Positions 8,767-19,011 of a stretch of 64,000 nt of DNA are shown here, in pieces; positions within the stretch are counted from its first letter, which is position 1, and every line of letters starts with the position of its first letter. The notes under the pieces were generated by a model that had not been told where the DNA came from, made no database searches, and worked only from the letters and a program-made list of their open reading frames with translations. This stretch comes from Terriglobales bacterium (lineage in GTDB: Bacteria; Acidobacteriota; Terriglobia; Terriglobales; Acidobacteriaceae). The stretch is taken from the NCBI GenBank assembly GCA_036557105.1, contig DATBIE010000108.1:17928-81927 (forward strand), in the 5' to 3' direction. The translations under genes and the position numbers were made by a program.

Positions 8767-9672
8767 CTAGGTCCTTCCCAACAGCAGCCGATCGACCCGA
8801 CGGCTTACGTCCTGTAGATAGGCTTGATCACCGCCGTCGAGTTCCACGATCACGCTACCCGTGAAGTTTATTTCGGATAATGCTTTGCGAACTTCGGGCC
8901 AGTCAGTATCTCCGTCGCCCAGGTTGACCCACTTGTATCCATCCTTTTCACGTTTGAAATCCTTGATGTGCAGTTTCACGATGCTCTTGCCCAGAGTGCG
9001 AATCCAATCTTGCGGATAGCCGTAAAGCAAGACGTTTCCTGTATCGAACCAGGCCTTGATCCACGGGCTATTGAATTCTGCCACGTAGCGCTGCATTTCG
9101 AGCGGGCTCAGCAGAAACTTGTTCCAGACTTCCTCGATGCCAATCACCACTTTGAGTTCGGAAGCAAGTGGAATCAGCGTACGGATCTGCTGTTGCGAGC
9201 GCGTCCAGGCATCGCGATATGCAGTCTGCGCGTTGACTACCGCCGGCACCAACAGGACCACATCGGCGCCCCACAATTTTGCATTGTGCAAAGAAGTACG
9301 CATTCCCGAAAGGCTCTTCTCCACGACTGCCGGATCGCTGGACGACAATGGGTAGTCCCAATGGTCCATGTTCATTACAGAGTCAATCAGTATGCCGGCG
9401 TTCTCAGCCGCGGCTTTCATTTCCTCAGCAGTGCGCTCGGCGGATGTCGTGGGGGCCTGCACGACTTCGAAACCGGCGTCCTTAGCCAATTTGCAGCGAT
9501 CCAGATGGCTTAGGGTTTCGGGCAGCATGCTGTAGACAAGTCCTTTTTTAATCGCGAGAGACTTGGCAGAATTCGCGAACAGTGTTTCTTCCGCGAAAAG
9601 GCTGCTGCTACCAATGGCAGCGGCAGTCGCCGCTGAGGATCTGAGAAACTCACGTCGTGATGTTTCTCCCAT
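8767..9672 (-). CDS. TAT-exported xylose-isomerase-like TIM-barrel protein (sugar phosphate isomerase/epimerase family)
   Basis: ORF 8767..9672. Twin-arginine signal SRREFLRSSAATAAAIG. The AP_endonuc_2-like pattern (ILIDSVMNMDHWDYP, VVIGIEEVWNKF, WFDTGNV, HIKDF) is present. Confidence 0.75.
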   Translation of the reverse strand: MGETSRREFLRSSAATAAAIGSSSLFAEETLFANSAKSLAIKKGLVYSMLPETLSHLDRCKLAKDAGFEVVQAPTTSAERTAEEMKAAAENAGILIDSVMNMDHWDYPLSSSDPAVVEKSLSGMRTSLHNAKLWGADVVLLVPAVVNAQTAYRDAWTRSQQQIRTLIPLASELKVVIGIEEVWNKFLLSPLEMQRYVAEFNSPWIKAWFDTGNVLLYGYPQDWIRTLGKSIVKLHIKDFKREKDGYKWVNLGDGDTDWPEVRKALSEINFTGSVIVELDGGDQAYLQDVSRRVDRLLLGRT

Positions 9673-9690
9673 CCAGGCACCTCCGAGGCA

Positions 9691-10998
9691 TTAGCTCAAT
9701 TTGTTTAGGTCGATCTTGGGATCTAACACTTCCTTCGACTTCACGATCTCGTCCCACGTAATTTCCCGTTTTTTCTCCGCCGACGTGCGTGCCAGAATGC
9801 AGGAGATCGCAGATTCGGCGCCCGTTTCGGCCTGATTATGAAAATTGCCGCTCGTAATGCTTGCGACGAACGCCTTCTTTTTCTCCGGGTCAGCTTGCTC
9901 GAGGTTGGAAGTGAACTTTCCCGTGGCAGAGAAATTCTGCGGTGCTTGACTGTTCGATGCCGCACCCTGCCATTGCCACGGCTCGTCACCCCAGATTCCG
10001 AGTGGGCCGGAGTACGGCGACTGCGACGTGCCCTTTGTGCCGAAGAAGCGCTCCGTCACATCCCACCACCCTTTGGCAAACTGGGTAGAGCTGAACGTAA
10101 CATCAACACCGTTGGGATAGTGAAATAACACGTTGTAGTTTCCGCTTGCATCGCCGTCACCCGCGGGCCGGCCCTTGCGACCGCAGCTGGCGCTGACCCG
10201 AAGCGGATGCGCTTGCAGAATCCAATTACAGATGTCTATTACGTGGATATTCTGCTCTACGATGATGTCGCCGGAAAGCGCGCGATCGTAAACCCAGTTG
10301 CGCAGGCGCAACTCGACTGGCGAAGCATTCGGACGCGGCGGACGTTCGAGGTAGCCGGTCAAATAGTACGCTTCGCCGCACACGATGGTTCCAAGCGCGT
10401 CACTATGGATGCGATTGACCAATTCGACAAAAGGCGGACAATCACGAATCTGAAAGCCAACATCAAGGCTGAGTTTACCCTGAGCGCGTTTGCCAATTTC
10501 AATTACCTTGTGTGCGCCGGGGACATCCACCGCGACCGGTTTTTCCACGTAAACATGCTTGCCGGCTGAAACTACGGCCTCTAGATGCTGCGGATGATAA
10601 TAAGGAGGAGTGGCGATGACAACGGCATCGACATCTTTTGAGGCAGCAATCTGTTCGTAAGCTTTAGGGCCGACGAACAGTTGCGAGGAATCCAGCGCCG
10701 CGTAGCCGTTTGCTTGTTGCAGCTGATCGAAGTGAGTTCGTGCCGCGTCAAGCTGATCTTGGAATAAATCGCCTAAAGCCACAACCCGCGCACCGGCGTC
10801 GACCAGATTCGATGCATCCTCGGTTCCGCGTCCGCCGCAGCCAAGGAGCCCGACTCGCACCGCTGAGTTCGCTTCTGTGCCAAAGACGAGTTGCGGCTTA
10901 ATGAACATTACGCCAGCTCCCGTGGCGGCCACGCCGAGAAACTTGCGGCGATCGAAGTTATCGGGTGACTTTAAAGATGGTTCCAGTCTGCTTGCCAT
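9691..10998 (-). CDS. TAT-exported Gfo/Idh/MocA-family oxidoreductase
   Basis: ORF 9691..10998. TAT signal DRRKFLGVAATGAG, Rossmann motif VGLLGCGGRG, and the HVYVEKP motif typical of the family. Confidence 0.85.
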   Translation of the reverse strand: MASRLEPSLKSPDNFDRRKFLGVAATGAGVMFIKPQLVFGTEANSAVRVGLLGCGGRGTEDASNLVDAGARVVALGDLFQDQLDAARTHFDQLQQANGYAALDSSQLFVGPKAYEQIAASKDVDAVVIATPPYYHPQHLEAVVSAGKHVYVEKPVAVDVPGAHKVIEIGKRAQGKLSLDVGFQIRDCPPFVELVNRIHSDALGTIVCGEAYYLTGYLERPPRPNASPVELRLRNWVYDRALSGDIIVEQNIHVIDICNWILQAHPLRVSASCGRKGRPAGDGDASGNYNVLFHYPNGVDVTFSSTQFAKGWWDVTERFFGTKGTSQSPYSGPLGIWGDEPWQWQGAASNSQAPQNFSATGKFTSNLEQADPEKKKAFVASITSGNFHNQAETGAESAISCILARTSAEKKREITWDEIVKSKEVLDPKIDLNKLS

Positions 10999-11010
10999 GC
11001 CTGCTCCTTG

Positions 11011-11991
11011 TTATTCACCGATCAGTTTTTCCAGGTATGTTTTTGCTGCTCGCACATCTTCCATCTGCTGGGGACCGGAAATTTCGCGCTCAATGGTGAC
11101 AGCACCTTGATAGTCGATTTCTTTCAACCGTGAAATGATACGTGGAAAGTCAACTTTGCCTTTGCCTATTGGAACTTCCTCGCCGAGCTTTTTCGGATTC
11201 GTCGGCCAGAGGCCATCTTTGGCATGAATTCCCTGAACATAAGGACCAAGCAATTCGATCGCATCAACCGGATTGGCCTTGCCGTACAAGATCAGATTTG
11301 CAAGATCGAAGTTCACACCCTGATTGTCCATTCCCACGTCTTGAATCGTGCGCACGAGCGTAATCGGAGTCTCCTGCCCGGTCTCGTAGCGTAGATTTTG
11401 TCCATTCCGCTTGCAATACTCGGCTAGGTCGCGAATAGTTTCGACCGCTTCCGTATACAGCGCGTCATTGGGATTTTCGGGAATAAATCCGCAGTGAGTT
11501 TGCACCGCAGGAATACCGCATTGTTTGGCAAAATCCGATGCTTTCTTAATGTGAGCCACCCGTGCGGCACGCGTCTCGCGAGGAACCACTCCGATCGTGA
11601 GGGGGCCACCGTAAAAATCCCAGAGTTCCTTACCCGGTCCGCCCACAACGACGGCTGTCGCCTCAATGTGATGAGCCTCCAGCGCTTGGCGAAGGCGCCC
11701 ATCGAGGCCCGGATGAAATTCGTCGACGTATATCTGCGCTGTGGAAAGGCCCAGGTCGCGAACCTTTCCCATGGCCGTATCGGGATCATTGCCTATTGCG
11801 ATGATCAGGCCGAGACGAAGCGGTTTCTTGCCGTCGTTCGCCGCAACCCTCGAGGCATGAACAGTAGTTGCAGATGCCGACGCAGCAGGCGATTCAGCGT
11901 CTAGGCCTGCGCTCACGGCGAATCCCGCCCCGAGAATTGCGGCAGAGCTTTCCAGGAAGACTCGGCGATTTTGCTTTTCCATGAAGAACAT
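11011..11991 (-). CDS. TAT-exported xylose-isomerase-like TIM-barrel protein
   Basis: ORF 11011..11991. TAT signal NRRVFLESSAAILGAG. TIM-barrel family pattern (VQTHCGFIPE, LRYETGQE, NFDLANLILYG, IHAKDG). It sits 12 nt upstream of the oxidoreductase gene. Confidence 0.75.
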   Translation of the reverse strand: MFFMEKQNRRVFLESSAAILGAGFAVSAGLDAESPAASASATTVHASRVAANDGKKPLRLGLIIAIGNDPDTAMGKVRDLGLSTAQIYVDEFHPGLDGRLRQALEAHHIEATAVVVGGPGKELWDFYGGPLTIGVVPRETRAARVAHIKKASDFAKQCGIPAVQTHCGFIPENPNDALYTEAVETIRDLAEYCKRNGQNLRYETGQETPITLVRTIQDVGMDNQGVNFDLANLILYGKANPVDAIELLGPYVQGIHAKDGLWPTNPKKLGEEVPIGKGKVDFPRIISRLKEIDYQGAVTIEREISGPQQMEDVRAAKTYLEKLIGE

Positions 11992-12226
11992 CCTAAGTAA
12001 GTGATGCGTCGCAGTGTAACTTGCCTACGCTGAATTAGTTCGTTTGGCCAGCGCAGGCTAAGAGAAATACGTCCACCATACCAAAAAATACGACATCTTC
12101 TCGTTTGCACTTATACTCGCACCTTTTGAGTGAAAGCTGGATGCGCCATGGGAAGGAACGCCTTCGAACGCTGTCCCGGCGGAATCATGTCTGATTGTGG
12201 CGTCCGCGCAAGGGGAGCGTGTGCGA

Positions 12227-13528
12227 TCACTGCTCGCGTTGAAAAATCCAGCCCAAAAGCTCCGGGCCGCGGGAGAAGACAGACCGATGACGCCAACGCT
12301 CGAAAGTGATGCACTCACTGCGAGCAAGATCGTGAACAAAGTCACGTGTCAAACGCTGACAAAAATCGTCCTCACGGGCGGCGAGATTAACCTCATCATT
12401 CAGCCCAAAGGATCGATTGTCAAAGTTGGTTGAGCCGACTACTCCCCATATCCCGTCGATGAGAAGCACTTTCACGTGAATCATCGAAGGCTGATATTCA
12501 TAAATGCCGATCCCTTCTCTTAATAGTTCGCCGTAAGCAACTCTGCTCGAGTTCCTGGTCAGCCATAGGTCACTTTTCTTGCCAGGCACAAGAATTTGCA
12601 CCTTTACTCCTCGGCGTACGGCCCGAATCAGTTCTTTTGTAATGCTGTGGTCGGGCAAGAAGTAGGGTGTAGTGATCTGGATCGATTTGCGCGCTGAGGC
12701 GAGGAGGATTTGAAAAAGAATGCGCGCGCGCGTTGCGCCGCCGCCCGAGGGCGTACTGTTTACAACGAGTACTGCGCCTTCTCCCTGGATCTGCGACTTC
12801 GGGAAGTATTCAGGTCCAGTCAACACCTCGCCGCAGCTTTCCAGCCAGTTTTCTGCGAATGTGGCCTGCAAGTTGGCCACCGCGTCACCTTCAACTCGGA
12901 CCATTGTGTCACGCCAGGCGGGCGCGCCCTTCTGTCCTTTCCACCATTGGTCCGCAACTCCCGCGCCCCCAATGAAGCCCACTTGTCCATCGATCACGAG
13001 CAGCTCGCGGTGTGTTCGGTTGTTGACTCGAGGAAGCTTGTTCCACCTGGAACCGTTGTACCAGGACACGCGTCCACCAGCCCTCTCCAATCTTGCGAAG
13101 AAGCTCTTCCGGGTGCGCGCATTGCCAATGGCGTCGAGAACCAGGTTCACGTTGACCCCACTTGACGCTCGCTTCGCCAGTTGGTCTATGAATCGGCCGC
13201 CAATTTCTCCCTCGTGAAAAATGTAAGCCTCAATATTGATGTTGTGTTTGGCCGCAGAAAGCGCCGCCAGTTCTTCTTCGTAGAATTTTTCACCATTCGT
13301 GAACACCGTAAGGTCTGTCTGGCGATTGACCTTTGCATCGACCAACGCCTCTAATATGTGCAGGAACTCATCAGAGTCATTCGACAAGTCAATACCGGCC
13401 GAGACCTTGTATCCCAGCCCAGGCCCAAACAGGGCGACCAATATCAGTACTGCCACAATAATGATTGCGACGAAAGCGACAACCAGAAACACCGTTGATC
13501 CCACGTAGTCGAGGAGCAGAACCAACAT
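12227..13528 (-). CDS. Phospholipase D / cardiolipin synthase-like protein
   Basis: ORF 12227..13528. N-terminal TM segment. The second HKD motif is canonical (IHVKVLLIDGIWGVVGSTNFDNRS). The first is degenerate (THRELLVIDGQVGFIGGAG). Confidence 0.8.
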   Translation of the reverse strand: MLVLLLDYVGSTVFLVVAFVAIIIVAVLILVALFGPGLGYKVSAGIDLSNDSDEFLHILEALVDAKVNRQTDLTVFTNGEKFYEEELAALSAAKHNINIEAYIFHEGEIGGRFIDQLAKRASSGVNVNLVLDAIGNARTRKSFFARLERAGGRVSWYNGSRWNKLPRVNNRTHRELLVIDGQVGFIGGAGVADQWWKGQKGAPAWRDTMVRVEGDAVANLQATFAENWLESCGEVLTGPEYFPKSQIQGEGAVLVVNSTPSGGGATRARILFQILLASARKSIQITTPYFLPDHSITKELIRAVRRGVKVQILVPGKKSDLWLTRNSSRVAYGELLREGIGIYEYQPSMIHVKVLLIDGIWGVVGSTNFDNRSFGLNDEVNLAAREDDFCQRLTRDFVHDLARSECITFERWRHRSVFSRGPELLGWIFQREQ

Positions 13529-13695
13529 GACACCCTCTCAGAGCTGCTTTGATGCGTGTTTACAACCCGGCAACATACATAATGAGTGATAAGGTGTTAT
13601 GGGTAATTGAACACCGCGTCACTGAGTTCTTGGGATTATTGATGTTTGAAACCTGCTGATAAGATACTGGTTCAACAAGCTGATGGAGATAAGCA

Positions 13696-14154
13696 TTGGA
13701 CTGGAGCCAACATGGTGTAAAGATCGTTCATGCGGGAGACCTGGATACAAATACCCCGCAAACTTCTGGTATGACACGCGCGGCAGCGATTACCCATGCA
13801 CGCACCGGAGCGACGAGACTATGGGCAGGCACGGTAGTAGTTCAGCCACATGCTAAAACAGGACCACACCATCACGGCGCGCTGGAGACAGTAATTTACG
13901 TTGTTCGAGGCCGTGCGCGCATGCGCTGGGGCGATCGGTTGGAGTTCTGCGACGAGGCCAGCCCAGGGGATTTCATCTACGTGCCACCCTACGTTCCCCA
14001 TCAGGAAATTAATGCTCGCCCGGACATGCCGTGCGAGGCGGTAGTAGTCAGAAGCGGACAAGAACCCATTGTTGTGAATTTGGACATTGAGAGTCCCGAG
14101 CCGTTAAGTGATAACGGCGACGAATACCCCTTCCACCCTCCTTCTTCCCGCTGA
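13696..14154 (+). CDS. Cupin-domain protein
   Basis: ORF 13696..14154 with a TTG start per the track. Cupin motifs GPHHHGALETVIYVVRG and GDFIYVPPYVPHQEIN are present. Confidence 0.7.
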   Translation: MDWSQHGVKIVHAGDLDTNTPQTSGMTRAAAITHARTGATRLWAGTVVVQPHAKTGPHHHGALETVIYVVRGRARMRWGDRLEFCDEASPGDFIYVPPYVPHQEINARPDMPCEAVVVRSGQEPIVVNLDIESPEPLSDNGDEYPFHPPSSR

Positions 14155-14330
14155 AGCTGTGTCCGCTGGATGTGTGATATCTCTCGATTTCGTCAACTAA
14201 CGACTGACCACTGCATCGCACAAACATCCGTCGAGAGTTGCTGCTGCACTTTCAATGAAATTGGAGCTGTCAAAGTAGCTGCCTTGGGCTATTTTCGTGA
14301 TACTACGATTGTGCTACTTATATAAAGGCT

Positions 14331-17300
14331 ATGCGGAGCGGGCCCATGCTCGGGCGCCGATCGGTCTTGATCGTGTGCGCTGCTGTCCTGGTCAGTGGAC
14401 TCATTTTGTGGGGCGTCTCCCACTATCTGTTTCCTCGCGATGAAGTGCACTTCAGCACGGATATCCAACCCATCCTGAACCAGAACTGCGTGCAATGTCA
14501 CGGAGGAGTGCGCCAAAAGAACGGCGTCTCCTTTATATATCGTGATGAAGCGTTAGGGGTTGGCAAGTCGGGAAAACGAACGATTGTGCCGGGCGATCCT
14601 GATGCCTCGGAGCTAATCGCGCGGATAAACTCGAAAGATCCAGAGACCAGGATGCCGTATCATGCCGCGCCTCTCACTCCGAAACAAATAGCGTTGCTTC
14701 GAAAATGGATTAAACAAGGGGCAAAATGGGAAGACCATTGGTCCTTCATCGCGCCGAAACCGCAGAAGCTTCCTGCAGTAAAAAAATCACAGTGGCCGAA
14801 ACAGCCTATAGATCGATTCATTCTTGCGCGCCTTGAGAAGGTGGGCCTCAAGCCCTCACCCGAAGCTGACAAGGCGGAACTTCTGCGGCGGGTATCACTG
14901 GATTTAACTGGGCTTCCGCCTACCGCGGAGGAGCAAGCTGCTTACATGGCGGATTCGTCGCCGAAAGCTTACGAGAAGCAAGTGGACCGACTGCTAGCGT
15001 CCCCGCGCTATGGCGAACGTTGGGCGGCAATGTGGCTGGATCTGGCGCGCTATGCAGACACCAAAGGTTACGAGGCCGATCGTGCTCGTCCAGGAGTTTG
15101 GCCATATCGCGATTGGGTGATTGACGCCTTCAATCGAAATCTTCCGTATGACAAATTCGTGATCACACAATTGGCCGGAGATTTGCTACCGAATGCGACC
15201 TTTGAAGACCGGATCGCAACCTCGTTTCACCGCCAGACTCCGAACAATGATGAGGGCGGAACCGATGACGAGGAATTCCGGATGGTCGCTGCGATGGATC
15301 GCTCGGCGACGACATGGTCCGTTCTCAACGGGCTGACCATGAATTGCGTGCAGTGCCACTCGCATCCCTATGATCCGATTCGTCACAACGAGTATTACAA
15401 GTCGCTGGCATTTTTTAATACCACGCAAGATGCCGATTACCCGAGTGACGCGCCTGTATTGAAGGTGCCCACGGACCGCTCGCGATATCCGGAAGCGGCG
15501 CAATTGCAGCAGGAGATTGCAGCGCTAACGACGTCGGTAGTGGAGTCGGGCCGGAATTTGGAAGGTGGGACTCAGTGGGTACCGGTAACGATCACGTCAG
15601 CAACTGCCAGCGAGGCGCCGGCACTGCGTTGGGAAGTTGATCAACTGGAACGCCACATCGCCGAATTGCGTGAGAAAAAACTACCGGGCAAAGAGCCTGA
15701 AGCAAAGGAGCGCAAAGATCGAGCGAAGGAAGTTAAAGAACTAGCCGACGCCATTTCCGAAGAGAAAAAGCTTGCCGATAAAAGGTCGAAGGTCAAGCCG
15801 GTAGCGTTTCAAGTCCACGATGGCGAGTTCGGGGCGGTCGCGAACACGCCTGGAAAATCGGTTTACGAAATCAAAGCAAGTACAACCCTGCCGAATCTGA
15901 CGGCGCTGCGGATCGAAGTATTTCCCGCTAACGCCGAGACGGCCCGATATACTCCCGAACTTGGTTTCATCGTCAACCAAGTGGACGCGTGGATAGTTGA
16001 GCCTGGCGGCCATGTGAGGAAGATCGCCTTCCACAATTTTGTTCCGGATTCTGAGACGAACCTTTCCGACGCGGTAACCAGGGCGATGGAAGCAAAGCCT
16101 GGACACGAAGAAGTTGCGGCGACTGGGGGCTTCGCTGCCAATCCCAGTCTGTTCCAGAGCCGCTGGATGATTGCGGTTCCTGCTTCGCCAATTCAGCTTG
16201 CTCCTGGCAGCTACATAAAGATTTGCCTTACGCAGGTTGACTCAATTTCAAGTAAACCATCGCTCATCAAGCGCGGGAGGCTTTACGCCAGCAGTGATTC
16301 CCGTTGGACGGAGCTCAGCGCAGGCTCGCGCTATAACGGAAAAATCAGTCGGCTTGTAAGTCTTGAAAAGCAACTAGAAAAAATTCCAGCTGTTGACACT
16401 CCTGTAATGGCAGAGCAGCCCGCATATCAAGTTCGTAAGACGCTCGAGTTCGAGCGCGGTAATTTTGTTACCAAAATCGGTCCGGCTCTTACTCCTGACG
16501 TACCGCACATATTTCCTCCGCTTCCTGCGGGAGAACCGCATAATCGACTAACGCTGGCGCGCTGGTTCTTTTCTCCAGGGCAGCCTCTCACGGCCCGAAC
16601 TGCGGTGAATCGTTACTGGGAGCAGCTGTTTGGTACGGGGATCGTCGAAACACTGGAGAATTTCGGGAGCGTGGGTGAGGAACCGAGTCATCCCAAACTG
16701 CTCGATTGGCTGGCGCTTCACTTTCAGAACGACCTGCGTTGGGACATGAAGGCCCTGTTGCGCGAAATGGTGCTCAGTGCGACGTATCGCCAAGGCGCCA
16801 GGACGACGCCTGAACTAATCGAAAGAGACCCGCGCAATCGCCTGCTGGCTCACGGACCACAGCAGCGGCTTTCGGCAGAAATGGTCCGCGATCAGGCGCT
16901 GATGGCGAGCGGACTTTTGAATCTGAAAATGGGCGGACCACCTGTTATGCCACCGCAGCCTGCTGGAGTATGGAACTCGGTTTACAACGACAGCAAATGG
17001 ATAGATGCAAAAGGACCAGATCGCTACCGAAGGGCGATTTACACCTACATCAAGCGAACCGCCGGATACCCGAGCTTTCTGACCTTCGACGCTTCGGACC
17101 ATGACACGAGTCTGGCACGGCGTATCCCAACCAATACGCCGCTTCAGGCCCTGGTGACGCTAAACGATCCGGTCTATGCGGAGGCTTCCGAGGCCCTGGC
17201 TGATCGCATGATGAAGGCGTCAACGAATCTTGACGATCAGATTCAGTTCGGAGCGCGATTAGTGCTGTCGCGCGACTTGAGCGAGAATGAGCTTGCCACC

Positions 17301-17456
17301 ATGCGCCGGCTGTACGCAAAAGCTTCTGGTCCGCCGGAGGGAGCGAGGTTAGTCAGGGCGTCGGCAAAAGTGAAGGAGAGCCCGCGCGAGAATCAAACGG
17401 CGATGACAGCGGTCGCGAGCGTTTTGCTCAATCTAGATGCAGCATTGACACGGTGA
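14331..17456 (+). CDS. PSCyt (CxxCH) / DUF1549 / DUF1553 domain protein (module A, gene 1)
   Basis: ORF 14331..17456, with ATG 14346 after GGAG as an alternative start. N-terminal anchor, NCVQCHGG, DUF1549-like RFILARLEKVGLKPSPEADKAELLRRVSLDLTGLPPT, and a DUF1553-like C-terminus ([43 protein letters not shown]). Confidence 0.85.
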   Translation: MRSGPMLGRRSVLIVCAAVLVSGLILWGVSHYLFPRDEVHFSTDIQPILNQNCVQCHGGVRQKNGVSFIYRDEALGVGKSGKRTIVPGDPDASELIARINSKDPETRMPYHAAPLTPKQIALLRKWIKQGAKWEDHWSFIAPKPQKLPAVKKSQWPKQPIDRFILARLEKVGLKPSPEADKAELLRRVSLDLTGLPPTAEEQAAYMADSSPKAYEKQVDRLLASPRYGERWAAMWLDLARYADTKGYEADRARPGVWPYRDWVIDAFNRNLPYDKFVITQLAGDLLPNATFEDRIATSFHRQTPNNDEGGTDDEEFRMVAAMDRSATTWSVLNGLTMNCVQCHSHPYDPIRHNEYYKSLAFFNTTQDADYPSDAPVLKVPTDRSRYPEAAQLQQEIAALTTSVVESGRNLEGGTQWVPVTITSATASEAPALRWEVDQLERHIAELREKKLPGKEPEAKERKDRAKEVKELADAISEEKKLADKRSKVKPVAFQVHDGEFGAVANTPGKSVYEIKASTTLPNLTALRIEVFPANAETARYTPELGFIVNQVDAWIVEPGGHVRKIAFHNFVPDSETNLSDAVTRAMEAKPGHEEVAATGGFAANPSLFQSRWMIAVPASPIQLAPGSYIKICLTQVDSISSKPSLIKRGRLYASSDSRWTELSAGSRYNGKISRLVSLEKQLEKIPAVDTPVMAEQPAYQVRKTLEFERGNFVTKIGPALTPDVPHIFPPLPAGEPHNRLTLARWFFSPGQPLTARTAVNRYWEQLFGTGIVETLENFGSVGEEPSHPKLLDWLALHFQNDLRWDMKALLREMVLSATYRQGARTTPELIERDPRNRLLAHGPQQRLSAEMVRDQALMASGLLNLKMGGPPVMPPQPAGVWNSVYNDSKWIDAKGPDRYRRAIYTYIKRTAGYPSFLTFDASDHDTSLARRIPTNTPLQALVTLNDPVYAEASEALADRMMKASTNLDDQIQFGARLVLSRDLSENELATMRRLYAKASGPPEGARLVRASAKVKESPRENQTAMTAVASVLLNLDAALTR

Positions 17457-17462
17457 AAGTTT

Positions 17463-18962
17463 ATGGCTAATTCCGAACTTCAGATGGCGATTCTGCAAGC
17501 GCAGACACGCCGTCATTTTCTGCGGTCACTTGGCAGCGGGATGGGATCGCTCGTGTTCGGAGCATCGCTTGCGAACTATGCCGTCGCCAGTGAGGCCCAT
17601 GCTGATGAATCGCCATTATCGTTTGCGCGCGACGCTACGACGCCTCTTTCGCCTTTGCCGCCGCAGTTTCCGGCAAAGGTAAAGCGTGTGATCTACCTGC
17701 ACATGGCGGGCGCTCCGAGCCAGTTAGAACTTTACGATTACAAACCTGAACTCAAGCGCCTCGACGGTCAGGACTGTCCCGCATCGTTTCTCGCTGGAAA
17801 GCGCTTCGCATTCATCAGTGGTGTGCCCAAACTTCTAGGGTCACAATATCCCTTCAAGCAGGCTGGGAAGAGCGGACAGTGGATCTCGGACCGCTTGCCG
17901 CACATCGCAGAGCACATCGACGACATTTGCTTCATCAAATCGATGCGAACAGATCAGTTCAACCACGCGCCCGCGCAACTCCTGGTACAAACGGGGAATG
18001 CGAGGCTCGGGTACGCTTCATTCGGATCGTGGGTGCTCTATGGTTTGGGAACAGAGAACCAGAACTTGCCGGGATTTATTGTTCTGCTTTCGGGAGGCAA
18101 GTCGCCGGATGGCGGCAAACAACTATGGGGTTCAGGTTTCTTGCCGAGCGTCTACCAAGGGGTGCAATGCCGCTCACATGGAGAGCCGGTGTTGTACCTG
18201 AATAATCCTGCGGGAGTTGATCGCAAGCTGCGGCGCACGATGTTGGATGCAATCGACGACATTGACCGACAGACTCATGCTGAATTCGGCAATCCAGAAA
18301 CGGTAACCCGCATCGCGCAATATGAAATGGCGTTCCGCATGCAAATGGATGCGACCGACGCGATGGACATCAACAAAGAACCCGAGTCGGTTCGAGCGAG
18401 ATATGGCTGCAAGCCGTCGGGAGCGGAGTTTGCGAACAATTGTCTGGTGGCACGCCGTCTCGCGGAGCGCGGCGTCCGCTTCATTCAGCTTTACCACTGG
18501 GGATGGGACTCGCATGGTGCAGATGCGAAGGAAGCGTTGAATATCGGCTTTGCTGATCGTTGCCGCGAAGTGGACCAGCCTACCGCTGCGCTGCTCGCCG
18601 ACTTGAAAGAGCGCGGTTTGCTTGAGGACACGCTCGTGGTCTGGGGTGGAGAATTTGGCCGCACATCGATGCGTGAAAATCGCAATGGCCAGGAGATGAA
18701 GTACATTGGCCGTGATCACAATCCCGGTGCCTTTACCATTTGGCTCGCAGGTGGCGGGGTGAAGCACGGAATCGCGTATGGGCAAACGGACGAAATGGGC
18801 TATGAGATTGTGCAGGACCCGGTGGACATTCGCGACCTGCACGCCTCCATGCTCTACATGCTGGGCTTCGACCATCACAAGCTGACGTATTCGTTCCAAG
18901 GGTTAGAACAGAAGCTGACCAGTGTGAAACCGGCGCGAGTGATCGGCGAAATTCTGGCATGA
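17463..18962 (+). CDS. TAT-exported DUF1501 (sulfatase-like) protein (module A, gene 2)
   Basis: ORF 17463..18962, 6 nt after gene 1. TAT signal TRRHFLRSLGSG. DUF1501-type motifs WGGEFGRT and GRDHNPGAFTIWLAGGG. Confidence 0.9.
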   Translation: MANSELQMAILQAQTRRHFLRSLGSGMGSLVFGASLANYAVASEAHADESPLSFARDATTPLSPLPPQFPAKVKRVIYLHMAGAPSQLELYDYKPELKRLDGQDCPASFLAGKRFAFISGVPKLLGSQYPFKQAGKSGQWISDRLPHIAEHIDDICFIKSMRTDQFNHAPAQLLVQTGNARLGYASFGSWVLYGLGTENQNLPGFIVLLSGGKSPDGGKQLWGSGFLPSVYQGVQCRSHGEPVLYLNNPAGVDRKLRRTMLDAIDDIDRQTHAEFGNPETVTRIAQYEMAFRMQMDATDAMDINKEPESVRARYGCKPSGAEFANNCLVARRLAERGVRFIQLYHWGWDSHGADAKEALNIGFADRCREVDQPTAALLADLKERGLLEDTLVVWGGEFGRTSMRENRNGQEMKYIGRDHNPGAFTIWLAGGGVKHGIAYGQTDEMGYEIVQDPVDIRDLHASMLYMLGFDHHKLTYSFQGLEQKLTSVKPARVIGEILA

Positions 18963-19011
18963 GCGACTTTGCGATCTGTTGCTCCGCTTACTTCCGAGGT
19001 CACCTTTAATC

